NCBI GenBank assembly: GCA_021788015.1
Contig: JAJYLD010000002.1
Coordinates: forward strand, 135,033-199,032
Length of the DNA: 64,000 nt
Direction of reading: 5' to 3'
Source: a bacterium
GTDB taxonomy: Bacteria; Patescibacteriota; Patescibacteriia; Patescibacteriales; JAKAJF01
Below are positions 33,321-42,804 of this stretch, one piece after another (within the stretch, counting starts at the first letter, position 1; every line of letters begins with the position of its first letter). The notes beneath the pieces are model-generated. The model saw only the letters and a program-made list of their open reading frames with translations. It did no database searches and was not told the origin of the DNA. A program made the position numbers and the translations under genes.

Positions 33321-34769
33321 ATGAGTCTGGCCGTTAAAGTCGCCCACAATACTTTAATCCAAATCGTTTCCAAGACTATTTCCACGGTTTTGGGGCTTGT
33401 TGCCGTGGCTGTAATTACCCGTTATTTGGGCCAATTCGGTTTTGGAGAATACACAACCGTCGTTACTTTTCTTTCTTTTTTCGGCATCATTATTGATTTC
33501 GGGCTGGTTCTGGTCACAACCCAAATGATCAGCGAGCCGGGAGCGGACGAAAATCGGATTTTAAGCAACCTTTTTACTTTGCGTTTTTTTTCCGCCCTTG
33601 TTTTTTTGGGTTTGGCGCCGATCATCGTATTGTTTCTTCCTTACGGCGGGGCAATAAAGGCGGGAGTGGCCGTTGCCGCCCTTTCTTTTTTCTTCATCAG
33701 CCTCAATCAAATTTTTACCGGTTTGTTTCAAAAGGAATTGCGCATGGAAAAGGCTTCCATCGCCGAGGTGTCCGGAAGAGTTTTTTTGGTTATGGGCGTT
33801 TTGGCGACGGTGCGTTGGAGCTGGGGCCTTCTCGGAGTTTTGGCGACAACATCGTTATCGAGTGGTTTGAATTTCGCCCTCAATTACGCTTTTTCGAGAA
33901 AATTCGCGAAAATCAAATTTCGTTTCGAAAAAGAAGTTTGGAAAGAGATTTTTCATCGCTCCTGGCCGTTAACCGTAACGATTATTTTTAATTTGATTTA
34001 TTTAAAAACGGATACTCTGATTTTGTCTTTGGTCAAAACTCAATCCGAAGTCGGCATTTATGGCGCCGCTTATAAAGTCATCGACGTTCTCGTTACCATT
34101 CCTTTTATGTTCGCCGGATTGGTTTTACCTATCATGACAGTCGCCTGGGCGGAAAAAAACCTTGATAAACTTAAAAACATTTTACAAAAATCATTTGATA
34201 CAATGGCCGTATTCGCTTTGCCGCTTTTGTTCGGAACGGAATTTTTGGCGACAAAGGTGATGGTATTCGTCGCCGGGCGGGAATTCGCTCCTTCCGGAGA
34301 CGTGCTTCGCGTTTTAATCCTGGCGGCAAGCATTATTTTTTTGGGAACGGTCTTCGCTCACGGCATTATCGCCATCAACAAGCAGAAAAAATTAATCGGC
34401 GCTTACGTTTTCACGAGCGCGACTTCTCTGGCCGGCTATTTGATTTTCATCCCCCCGTATTCTTATTTCGGCGCCGCCTGGGTTACGATTTATAGTGAAT
34501 TTTCCATCGCTTTGTTGACTGCCTATGTTTTTTGGAGATTTACGCGCTTTCTTCCTCGTCTCCGCATTTTTTTAAAATCCGCGATCGCTTCTCTTTTCAT
34601 GCTTTTAATGCTAAATTTGGGAAATTTGCTTTCGGGAAATCTTTTTTTTCTGCTCGTCTTGAGCTCCGTTTCTTATTTTGTTTTTCTTTATTTAATCGGC
34701 GGGCTTAATTTTATCTCCATTCGGGAAGTTGTCTTCGGGCAAAAACAAAAAAATTTATCAGGCGGATGA
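33321..34769 (+). CDS. Wzx/MOP-type oligosaccharide flippase
   Basis: Polytopic protein of 482 aa with an N-terminal pattern typical of polysaccharide biosynthesis flippases. Confidence 0.65.
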   Translation: MSLAVKVAHNTLIQIVSKTISTVLGLVAVAVITRYLGQFGFGEYTTVVTFLSFFGIIIDFGLVLVTTQMISEPGADENRILSNLFTLRFFSALVFLGLAPIIVLFLPYGGAIKAGVAVAALSFFFISLNQIFTGLFQKELRMEKASIAEVSGRVFLVMGVLATVRWSWGLLGVLATTSLSSGLNFALNYAFSRKFAKIKFRFEKEVWKEIFHRSWPLTVTIIFNLIYLKTDTLILSLVKTQSEVGIYGAAYKVIDVLVTIPFMFAGLVLPIMTVAWAEKNLDKLKNILQKSFDTMAVFALPLLFGTEFLATKVMVFVAGREFAPSGDVLRVLILAASIIFLGTVFAHGIIAINKQKKLIGAYVFTSATSLAGYLIFIPPYSYFGAAWVTIYSEFSIALLTAYVFWRFTRFLPRLRIFLKSAIASLFMLLMLNLGNLLSGNLFFLLVLSSVSYFVFLYLIGGLNFISIREVVFGQKQKNLSGG

Positions 34770-34850
34770 CGATAAGGGTAAAATATAAACAGAATTATAA
34801 TTCACGCGGATGCAATCAAAAAATTTTGAACGGGGTCCGCTTTTAACGGG

Positions 34851-35921
34851 ATGAATAAAAACATAATCGTATTTAATTCCAAAGAGAATTTTTTGGAGCC
34901 TCTTTTCGAGGAACTTAAAAAAAGAAATTATAATTTTATTTTTTTAGATTCAATTTTTAGAGACGCAAACACTTTTTTGGGGAAAGTGGCATTTTTAATC
35001 GTCTTGCCTTTGCTTAGAATGATTTATTTTTTTTATTTTTTGTTTTTGAATCATAAGTACAAATTTGAAGCGGCCATTCTTTTTAATTTGAACGAAAAAT
35101 TGATTTTTTCTCCTTTGGTGCGTGTTTTGAAGAAAAAAATAATTTGGGTAGAATTGCCGGAAAATGATTTCAAAATGAAAAAATTTTTTAAAAGGCTCTA
35201 TCGTATGAATGCAAAGGTAGCAAAAATTATCGTGTTTAACGAGTACGGAAAAATCAAACTGCAGAACTTGGGAGTGAAGACGGAAAATATCGAGATAGTT
35301 CAGCCGGGAATAAAATTGAATCAAAATCAATATCAGGAAAATATTTTTTCGGGATTGGTCAGGGAAGAAACAAAAATAAAAAATTTTTTTACGGTCGGGA
35401 CGGTTATCGACGCGGGTCGGGAGCATAATTTGGACACCTTGCTTCAGGCCATAAAAATTTGCGCGGAAATAATTCCCAATATTCAACTTATCGTCGTGAG
35501 CAACGTACCCGACAAGAAAAATTTGAATTGGTCTGCAAAAAAAATGGGTATCGACAATTTGGTCTGGTTCGTAGGCGGCGAAAAATACAGCCGCCGCTGG
35601 TATGACAATTTTGAAATTTTTATTGTCGGCAACAAGGTTTTAAATTTACGCGATTTGGAAATCGTTTTAAGGAGCATGCGCGCCGGACTTCCGGTTATCG
35701 GCCCTGTGAATCGCGGCCTGGAAGACATAGTTTACGAAAATAAAACCGGTAGCCTGATCGAGGCGCAAAACAGCGAAATGCTCGCCCGGCAAATAATTAA
35801 ACTTTACCAAGACAGACGTCTTCGTTTAAGACTGGGCCAGATCGCCAAAGAAAGAGTGAAGGAGTTTTTTACGATCGAAAACCAGATTGAAAAATTTGAA
35901 GAATTATTGTTAAATGGTTAA
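34851..35921 (+). CDS. Glycosyltransferase (GT4-like)
   Basis: C-terminal GT-B motifs: AGLPVIGP..G..DIV.....G.L.E. Confidence 0.6.
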   Translation: MNKNIIVFNSKENFLEPLFEELKKRNYNFIFLDSIFRDANTFLGKVAFLIVLPLLRMIYFFYFLFLNHKYKFEAAILFNLNEKLIFSPLVRVLKKKIIWVELPENDFKMKKFFKRLYRMNAKVAKIIVFNEYGKIKLQNLGVKTENIEIVQPGIKLNQNQYQENIFSGLVREETKIKNFFTVGTVIDAGREHNLDTLLQAIKICAEIIPNIQLIVVSNVPDKKNLNWSAKKMGIDNLVWFVGGEKYSRRWYDNFEIFIVGNKVLNLRDLEIVLRSMRAGLPVIGPVNRGLEDIVYENKTGSLIEAQNSEMLARQIIKLYQDRRLRLRLGQIAKERVKEFFTIENQIEKFEELLLNG

Positions 35922-35978
35922 GAGGTTAAATTGTTGGGTAAAACGATCAATTAGCAATTTAACATTTGGTAAAATCAA

Positions 35979-36929
35979 ATGAAAATCATTAAAATTAAAA
36001 ATAAAGACAAAGGAGAGCGGTTGGATAAATTTTTGACCAAGGTTTTAGACGAACTGTCCCGTAGCCAAATTCAAAAATTGATAAAAGAAGGCGAAATCTT
36101 TGTAAACGGAAAAGTTTCGGCCGTTCATTATAATTTAAAAGAAGGCGATGAAATTAAAATAAAAAAATTGGAAACGGAGATGAAAAAGAAAGAAAAAAAG
36201 CAAAAGCTGCCCGTTCCGAAGATAGAGATAATCGAAGAAACGGAAGATTATTTTGTAATTAATAAACAAGCCGGGCTGGCGGTTCACGGCGCGCCGCATA
36301 TGAAAGAAATCGCTTTAATTGATGCTTTGCTCAAAAAAGAGCCGAAATTAAAAGATGTCGGCGACGATCCCGGCCGGCCGGGCGTAGTCCATCGCCTCGA
36401 CAAAGACGTAAGCGGACTTTTGGTGGTCGCGAAGAACCAGAAAACTTTTGAAAGTTTAAAAAAGCAATTTAAAAAAAGAACGGTTGAAAAAGAATATACG
36501 GGCTTGGTTTATGGAAAAATTACGAAAGACTATGATATAATAAATTTTCCGATAAGCAGGGCGAGCGCCGGTTATAAAATGGCGGCCCTGCCCTTAACCC
36601 AAAAAGGGGAAATAAACACGGCCGGGAAAAAAGCGATTACGGAAATTTTTGTTTTAAGAAAATTTGTCAATTTTACATTGCTCAAGATCAAAATAAAAAC
36701 CGGACGCACTCATCAAATCAGGGCGCACATGGCCGCCTACGGGCATCCTTTGGTCGGGGACGATTTGTATAGTACAAGAAAAACAAGGCTGCAAAACAAA
36801 AAATGGGATCTCGGCAGAATTTTTTTAGTTGCCAGTAAACTGTCTTTCAAAAACCTGGAAAACATAAGAAAAGAATTTCAAATTGATTTGTCTAAAGATT
36901 TAAAAATGTTTTTAGAAAAAATAAAATAA
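35979..36929 (+). CDS. RluA-family pseudouridine synthase
   Basis: An S4 domain, then HRLDKDVSGLLVVAK and TGRTHQIRAH. Confidence 0.9.
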   Translation: MKIIKIKNKDKGERLDKFLTKVLDELSRSQIQKLIKEGEIFVNGKVSAVHYNLKEGDEIKIKKLETEMKKKEKKQKLPVPKIEIIEETEDYFVINKQAGLAVHGAPHMKEIALIDALLKKEPKLKDVGDDPGRPGVVHRLDKDVSGLLVVAKNQKTFESLKKQFKKRTVEKEYTGLVYGKITKDYDIINFPISRASAGYKMAALPLTQKGEINTAGKKAITEIFVLRKFVNFTLLKIKIKTGRTHQIRAHMAAYGHPLVGDDLYSTRKTRLQNKKWDLGRIFLVASKLSFKNLENIRKEFQIDLSKDLKMFLEKIK

Positions 36930-36930
36930 T

Positions 36931-37503
36931 ATGATTATTTCATTTAGCGGTTCAGCCGGTTCTGGAAAATCGACAATTGCCAAAAAAATAGCAGAAAAAT
37001 TGGGTTGGGATTATTTTTATATTGGCGAAATTAGAAGAGCCAAGGCAAAAGAAAGAGGCATGACTTTGGCGGAATACAATAAATATGGAGAAGAACATCC
37101 GGAAACTGACTTGGAAGTCGATGAATTTCAAAAAGATCTAGGTTTAAAAAGTGATAATTTTATTATTGAGGGTAGAACCTCGTGGTATTTTATTCCCCAT
37201 TCTTTGAAAGTTTTCCTTTATGTAGATGAAATTACGGGTGCAAAAAGAATTTTAAATCATTTAAAAGAAGAAAATCAAAGAAATGAGGATAGCGGCTTGG
37301 AAAATTTAAACGCTGTTCTTGCCAGCTTGAGGGAGAGAAAAAAAAGCGATGACAAAAGATATGAAAAATATTACAACATAGATATTAATAGTAAATCCAA
37401 TTATGATTTTTATTTAGATACATCAAAATTAGACAAAGAACAGGCCTATAAAAAAGTTTTTAAGTTTATAAAAACGAACATTGACAAATCAAAAAAAGTT
37501 TGA
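36931..37503 (+). CDS. Cytidylate-kinase-like P-loop kinase
   Basis: IISFSGSAGSGKSTIAKKIAEKLGW. Confidence 0.6.
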   Translation: MIISFSGSAGSGKSTIAKKIAEKLGWDYFYIGEIRRAKAKERGMTLAEYNKYGEEHPETDLEVDEFQKDLGLKSDNFIIEGRTSWYFIPHSLKVFLYVDEITGAKRILNHLKEENQRNEDSGLENLNAVLASLRERKKSDDKRYEKYYNIDINSKSNYDFYLDTSKLDKEQAYKKVFKFIKTNIDKSKKV

Positions 37504-37562
37504 TAAAATAAAAATAAGCTGAAAAAAATAAATTCAGCGCAAAACAAAAATAAAAAACAAAA

Positions 37563-39299
37563 ATGTTCAAAAAAAAGTCGCGAGCCGATAGTCCCGATTT
37601 GGGGCGCATCGGCTGGAAATATTATAATTCGATAAAAAAGAAAGCAATGGAACAGGAGTTCAGCTGGTCTGGACTCGGCGTCAGTTTGTCCATTGCTTTT
37701 TTTATTGTCGTGGCCAGCGCAACCGGATTGAATTTGATCTATCAATCCGTAACCCATGTTCAAACGCAAAAGAGTATTTTTAAATCGGAAATTTATCGAT
37801 TGGAAAAAAATGGAACCAAATATTTAAACATTAAAAACAATTCCGCCTTTATCCAGAAATTTCTCGCCATCAATACGGCTCTGGCCAAGGGGCCGGCCAA
37901 AGAGGCATCGGCTTTAAAATCGACAATTTTTTTAAGCGCCACCGGAGGAGACTCGATCACTTGCGCCGCGCAAATAAAAAATATCGGTCATTCCACATGG
38001 AAGGCGGGGCAAGTTTTTTTGGAAACGGGCCCTTATTTAAGAAGCTTCTCCATGTTTAAGGATTCAAGCTGGTTCAATTATTTTAAAGTTTTAAAATTAA
38101 AGAATGACGTTAGGCCGGGGCAAACGGCCAACCTCAACTTTTCCCTTCTCGCTCCCACGGACGTTACCGCCACCGTTCAACAAGATTTTCAACTTGTGCG
38201 CAATAATTTTCCCGTTTCGGGAAGTCAAATCAGAGTGTTTGTCGACGTGACCCAGCCGGCCGAGCCCATGGTTACGACTCCGGCTCCGATTGTCGCGCAG
38301 AACTCGTTTGTTTACACTCCCACTCCGGGTTCTCCCGCCGCAAACAATAATGAGATCATCGGCCCTTCCGCCCAAATTACGCCTTCGGGCGGCGAATCGA
38401 GCGAAATTACCACCGATATAAAATTTACCAAAGAACCGATAATCAGGGTCGGTCTTTACAATACAAGAGGGGCGCAAAGAATAATTTCAAATGAAATTTT
38501 TGACGTGTACGCCGGGAATCATATTTTTCTTTCCGGAGTTCGAGCCGGAACGGTGGCGGTAGTCAGTTTTGATTTCAATACCAAGATTTATACTCTTACG
38601 ACGCCGAGCATCACTGTTTCCACTTTCGACTTTTTGCGTTTCATCCCGCGGGACGATAATGGCATTTTTACTCTTCCCGATTCCGGCAGTTCCGACAATC
38701 GTTTTCGCGGCACGATCGAATATCATTATAGCGACGCGACGGGAAGATTTTGGGCCATAAACGAATTGCCGATTGAATCTTACTTGAAAGGTTTGGCCGA
38801 AACGACGAATTACGCGCCGGAAGAATTTCAAAAAGTGATGGTTACGGCGGCGAGAACTTACGCCATGTACCATTATGATCAGGGAGTGGAAAATAATATT
38901 CCCGACGGCTCGACAAAGCATGCGAGCGAACATTTCGACGTGGACGCGACTTACGATCAGGTTTATCGCGGTTATGATTCGGAATTGGCCCGTCCGACCG
39001 TCGCGCAAGCGGTTGCCGCCACTCGCGGCGTGGTCATAACTTATAATAACAATGTCGTAGTTACGCCGTATTTTTCTCAAAGCGACGGCCATACCAGAAG
39101 CTGGCAGGATGTTTGGTACGGCTCGCCAAAACCTTGGCTAACGAGCGTTTCCGTTCCGGCCGATAGCGGAAAGGATTTGGAAGGTCACGGTGTCGGTATG
39201 AGCGCAAGCGGAGCCTTGGCCATGATTCAAAGCAATGAGAGCTGGCAGGACACCTTGAAATATTTTTATCAGGGAATCAGCCTGGAAAAAATTTATTGA
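37563..39299 (+). CDS. SpoIID/LytB-domain protein
   Basis: The C-terminal part carries YLKGLAE..P.EFQKVMVTAARTYA..YFSQSDGHTRS. Confidence 0.7.
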   Translation: MFKKKSRADSPDLGRIGWKYYNSIKKKAMEQEFSWSGLGVSLSIAFFIVVASATGLNLIYQSVTHVQTQKSIFKSEIYRLEKNGTKYLNIKNNSAFIQKFLAINTALAKGPAKEASALKSTIFLSATGGDSITCAAQIKNIGHSTWKAGQVFLETGPYLRSFSMFKDSSWFNYFKVLKLKNDVRPGQTANLNFSLLAPTDVTATVQQDFQLVRNNFPVSGSQIRVFVDVTQPAEPMVTTPAPIVAQNSFVYTPTPGSPAANNNEIIGPSAQITPSGGESSEITTDIKFTKEPIIRVGLYNTRGAQRIISNEIFDVYAGNHIFLSGVRAGTVAVVSFDFNTKIYTLTTPSITVSTFDFLRFIPRDDNGIFTLPDSGSSDNRFRGTIEYHYSDATGRFWAINELPIESYLKGLAETTNYAPEEFQKVMVTAARTYAMYHYDQGVENNIPDGSTKHASEHFDVDATYDQVYRGYDSELARPTVAQAVAATRGVVITYNNNVVVTPYFSQSDGHTRSWQDVWYGSPKPWLTSVSVPADSGKDLEGHGVGMSASGALAMIQSNESWQDTLKYFYQGISLEKIY

Positions 39300-39420
39300 T
39301 GTAAAAAAAATTATATAGGTGATCAAGAAAAATAACATCACCAAAAAATGTTCTTTTGAAACAAAAAACGGAAGGGACTGAAAAAGAAAAAAAAGGAAAA
39401 GAAAAAACAGAAAACAGAAA

Positions 39421-39570
39421 AGCTGTGTCGATTTTGGATCAGCTCACAAAGAAGTACTGAAAAAATCGGCACAGCTCTCCACCTTGCTTTATCTTCCGAG
39501 GTAAAGCGAGTATGGGGACATAAAATCGATTTAAAAACGCCGCGGACTCTTGAGTGGCGTTTTTAATTTT
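39421..39570 (+). ncRNA. Candidate structured small RNA
   Basis: A 15-bp hairpin (39421-39476), a 9-bp hairpin (39483-39510), and a terminator AAACGCC/GGCGTTT plus T-run (39535-39570). A ~65-nt polypurine tract precedes it. Confidence 0.3.
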
Positions 39571-39581
39571 GAGTAGATTAT

Positions 39582-39589
39582 TGTATAAT
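39582..39589 (+). promoter_or_regulatory. Extended -10 promoter (TGTATAAT) upstream of smc
   Basis: TATAAT, then 6 nt, then ATG AAA TTC TAA (a 3-codon leaderless mini-ORF at 39596-39607). The smc ATG follows 25 nt later. Confidence 0.45.
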
Positions 39590-39632
39590 AAAATCATGAA
39601 ATTCTAAGGTCATGTAATTTGACTTTTTATTT

Positions 39633-42263
39633 ATGTATCTCGAAAAACTCGAAATTCAAGGATTCAAATCTTTCGCGAGCAAGAATATTTTGGTGTTTCC
39701 CGGCATGTTGGACAAAGAAAGGCGCGGACTGACGGCCATTGTCGGACCGAACGGATCGGGAAAATCGAATACGGCCGACGCCGTGAGATGGGTCCTGGGC
39801 GAACAGAGCATGAAAACGCTTCGCGGCAAGAAAAGCGAGGACGTTATTTTTTCCGGATCGGAAAAATTGGGAAAACTGGGCATGGCTGAGGTTTCTTTGT
39901 ATTTGAACAATGAAGATCGCAAGGCGCCGATCGATTTTTCCCAAATGATTTTAACAAGGCGCGTTTATCGCGACGGGAACAGTGAATATTTTTTAAACAA
40001 CAGCCGGGTGAGACTGGCCGACGTGCAGATGCTTCTCGCCAAAGCGAATTTCGGCCAAAGGACGTATAGCGTTATCGGTCAGGGCATGGTGGAAGGATTT
40101 TTGAACACAAGTTTGGCGGAGAGAAAAGAATTTTTCGACGAAGCGACCGGGGTAAAGCAGTTTCAGATCAAGCGCGACGAATCTTTGAACAAACTGAAAT
40201 TGTCTTTGGAAAATCTCGGCCAGGCGCAGATGCTTTTAAATGAAATCGAACCGCGTTTGAAAAACTTGACCAAACAAGTGCATAAGTTGCAGAAAAAAGA
40301 GGAAATGGAAATTGAATTGAAAGAAATTCAAACACGCTATTACGGAAAACTGTGGCACGAGCTCAAAGATAAGTTCAATGAAACCAACAAGAATTTTTTG
40401 GAAGTCGAAAAAATCAAATTGGATAAAGAAAGAAAACTGGAGAACATCAACCGTGAACTCGGTCAAATGGAAATGCAAAATAAAACAAGTGAAGAATTCG
40501 CGGAATGGCAAAGAAAATCGGATGAATTACAGGATCAAAAAGATTTACTTACGAAAAAACAAGCCAAGCTCGAAGCGGAGATGGAAATAAAACTGGAAAC
40601 GAGCGGACAATTCGACCTTGCTTGGCTTAACAATCGCAAAGCGAGTTTGGGCAAAGAAATTAAAAATGCGAAAACGGAGATCGGAGTACTGTCGGGAGAA
40701 CTAAAAGAATTTGAAAACGAACTCGAAAGACTGAAAAAAGAAAAAAAAGAATTGAGCGCGAAAGTGACCGATTTAAACGGCGCCTTAATCAGAAACAGCA
40801 TCAAATTCGACGATGCGGAAGGCAAAAGAATCAATAAGGAATTGAAATGGCTTTTGGAAAGATTGAGCGCGGCCGAGAACGGGGATGATTTGGGAGAAAT
40901 TAAAAACGCGATCAAAGAGATTCGGGAAAAATTAAAAGAGATTTTGGCGTTGACGGAAAAATTCGGAGATGGAGAAAATTTGGAAAAAATACAAGAAGAG
41001 CTTTCACGCGCCGCGCAAACAAGCGAAGAAATCTCCGTAAAAATCAATGAAGCGAGCGTTAAAGCTTCTTCTTTGGGCGAAAGAAAAAAAATGTTTTTGG
41101 AAAAAGCGGAAGGTTTGGGAAATGAATTAAACGATGTTGAATCGAAGTTGAAAAAATACCAAAAAACGGAAAACGCTTCCGATTCGGGAAAAGAATCGGA
41201 GAAAGTAAAAACGCAAATTGCCGCCGTTGAACAAGAAATCGAGGAAGTGAAAGAAAAAATCAACAATTATTCCGAGGGTGAAAAAGAAAAAAGACAGTAC
41301 ATTTTTGAATTGCAGAAAAAAATCCAGGTTTTGCAAAACGAGGTAAACGAATTAAACAATCGCCTGAACGAGTTGAAAATAAATTCGACGCGCTACGAAA
41401 CCAGGCTTGAAGATTTGGAAACGGAAATCAGAAATGAGATGGGCGGAATTAGGGATGCGGAAAAAACGAAAATCGAAGGACCGGTCGATTTTGAAGAAAC
41501 GCAAGCGAAAATTCACAATTTAAAAAGGCAGTTGGAGGCGATCGGCGGTCTTGATCCGGAAACGGAGAAAGAATACGTCGAGACAAAAGAAAGATATGAT
41601 TTTCTTTCGACTCAAGTCAATGATTTGACTTCGACCATCGGCTCTCTTGAAAAAATTATCAAAGAATTGGACATAACCATCAAAGAAAAATTCGACAAGG
41701 AATTTAAGTTAATTTCCCAAAAATTCGAAGAGTATTTTAAAATTCTTTTTAACGGCGGGAACGCGAAAATTATCAAGGTCCTGAGCGATGAAATGAAAGA
41801 CGAAGAGGAGGACGGTCAAGTCGAAGCGAAAGAAGAAAAAAAGGAAGACGTCATGGCAGGGGTTTATAAAAAAATAAAACTTTTACAAAGATACAATGCG
41901 ACCGGACTGGCCGGCATCGAGATCCAGGCCACGCCTCCGGGGAAGAAGATTAAATCCGTTTCCATGCTTTCGGGCGGCGAGAGAGCTTTGACCGCGATCG
42001 CTTTGATCTCGGCGATTATCAGCGCCAATCCTTCGCCGTTTGTTGTTTTGGACGAAGTGGACGCGGCTTTGGACGAAGCCAATTCGGAAAGGCTCGCGAA
42101 AATTTTGGACGATCTCTCGCATAAAACTCAATTCATTGTCATAACTCACAATCGCGCTTCCATGCGGCGCGCCAATGTTCTTTACGGCGTGACCATGCGG
42201 GACGACGGCGTTTCCAAGCTGCTCTCGGTAAAGTTGGACTACGCCGAAAGTGTGGCGAAGTAA
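39633..42263 (+). CDS. smc: SMC chromosome-partition ATPase, short form
   Basis: N-terminal FKSFA..GPNGSGKSN..WVLGEQS, C-terminal LSGGERALTAIAL..LDEVDAALD. Only 876 aa, and I see no hinge-like segment. Confidence 0.85.
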   Translation: MYLEKLEIQGFKSFASKNILVFPGMLDKERRGLTAIVGPNGSGKSNTADAVRWVLGEQSMKTLRGKKSEDVIFSGSEKLGKLGMAEVSLYLNNEDRKAPIDFSQMILTRRVYRDGNSEYFLNNSRVRLADVQMLLAKANFGQRTYSVIGQGMVEGFLNTSLAERKEFFDEATGVKQFQIKRDESLNKLKLSLENLGQAQMLLNEIEPRLKNLTKQVHKLQKKEEMEIELKEIQTRYYGKLWHELKDKFNETNKNFLEVEKIKLDKERKLENINRELGQMEMQNKTSEEFAEWQRKSDELQDQKDLLTKKQAKLEAEMEIKLETSGQFDLAWLNNRKASLGKEIKNAKTEIGVLSGELKEFENELERLKKEKKELSAKVTDLNGALIRNSIKFDDAEGKRINKELKWLLERLSAAENGDDLGEIKNAIKEIREKLKEILALTEKFGDGENLEKIQEELSRAAQTSEEISVKINEASVKASSLGERKKMFLEKAEGLGNELNDVESKLKKYQKTENASDSGKESEKVKTQIAAVEQEIEEVKEKINNYSEGEKEKRQYIFELQKKIQVLQNEVNELNNRLNELKINSTRYETRLEDLETEIRNEMGGIRDAEKTKIEGPVDFEETQAKIHNLKRQLEAIGGLDPETEKEYVETKERYDFLSTQVNDLTSTIGSLEKIIKELDITIKEKFDKEFKLISQKFEEYFKILFNGGNAKIIKVLSDEMKDEEEDGQVEAKEEKKEDVMAGVYKKIKLLQRYNATGLAGIEIQATPPGKKIKSVSMLSGGERALTAIALISAIISANPSPFVVLDEVDAALDEANSERLAKILDDLSHKTQFIVITHNRASMRRANVLYGVTMRDDGVSKLLSVKLDYAESVAK

Positions 42264-42270
42264 GGTTAGG

Positions 42271-42325
42271 ATGTAGCTTGTAGCTGGTAGGAAGCAGGTT
42301 GTAGGTGGTAGTTTGTAGTTTTTTT
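42271..42325. repeat. GTAG-word tract ending in the left copy of a 19-nt inverted repeat
   Basis: GTAGCTTGTAGCTGGTAGGAAGCAGGTTGTAGGTGGTAGTTTGTAG plus T7. Positions 42307-42325 are the exact reverse complement of 43779-43797. Confidence 0.65.
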
Positions 42326-42368
42326 AAATCCCCCTCACCCCCTTTAACAAAGGGGTAAATAAAAAAGA

Positions 42369-42404
42369 GGCGGAACTTAATTGTTCCGCCGTTTTGGTTT
42401 TTTT
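42369..42404. terminator. Bidirectional terminator (smc and the small minus-strand gene)
   Basis: Stem GGCGGAAC/GTTCCGCC with T-runs on both strands. Confidence 0.65.
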
Positions 42405-42642
42405 AGGATTCGGACCGGGCGCCGCCGGCCACCAAGAGCCAGAGTATCCCCACAACGAATGGGGAAAACCAGGCGTAGTGCCCAAGCCAGGCCGGCAGAC
42501 CTCCCCATTTGGCTACTGTACGAGATACGCCATAAAGGTCAATCCGCCGTGCGCCCTCGCCCAGAGGTCGTGGAATATGTTTGAGACCCCCAACAAGATC
42601 GATATGACTCCCGGAATTAAAGATATTTTTTTCATGACCCAC
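42403..42642 (-). CDS. Small membrane protein, reading frame ambiguous, possible frameshift
   Basis: The track ORF starts at a GTG. An SD-preceded ATG at 42635 opens a different 40-codon frame (MKKISLIPGVISILLG..). Third-position GC is high in that frame for the 5' part and high in the track frame for the 3' part. Confidence 0.35.
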   Translation of the reverse strand: MGHEKNIFNSGSHIDLVGGLKHIPRPLGEGARRIDLYGVSRTVAKWGGLPAWLGHYAWFSPFVVGILWLLVAGGARSES

Positions 42643-42804
42643 CCCCCTTTTGTTTTTATTAAGAATTTTTTTTAATGTTTTAGTATATTGTAAGTTTTTG
42701 TTTGTGTCAAGGTTGAGTTTTATGTGAAAAGTGACATAATTTATTTTTTTTTGTTTAAATTAAGCATTGCTTAGAATTTAGGCAAAATACACCAAAGGAG
42801 GGCG

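Noticed and set aside
40535-41266. Long antisense or alternative-frame ORFs in the track. Examples are 40535-41266, 44213-44863, 38487-39092, 15452-16027, 6220-6684, 48344-48841, 58949-59554 and 31044-31529.
   Set aside because: Each lies opposite or inside a gene with clear family motifs. Their products are low-complexity (S/F/R-rich). These are shadow ORFs.
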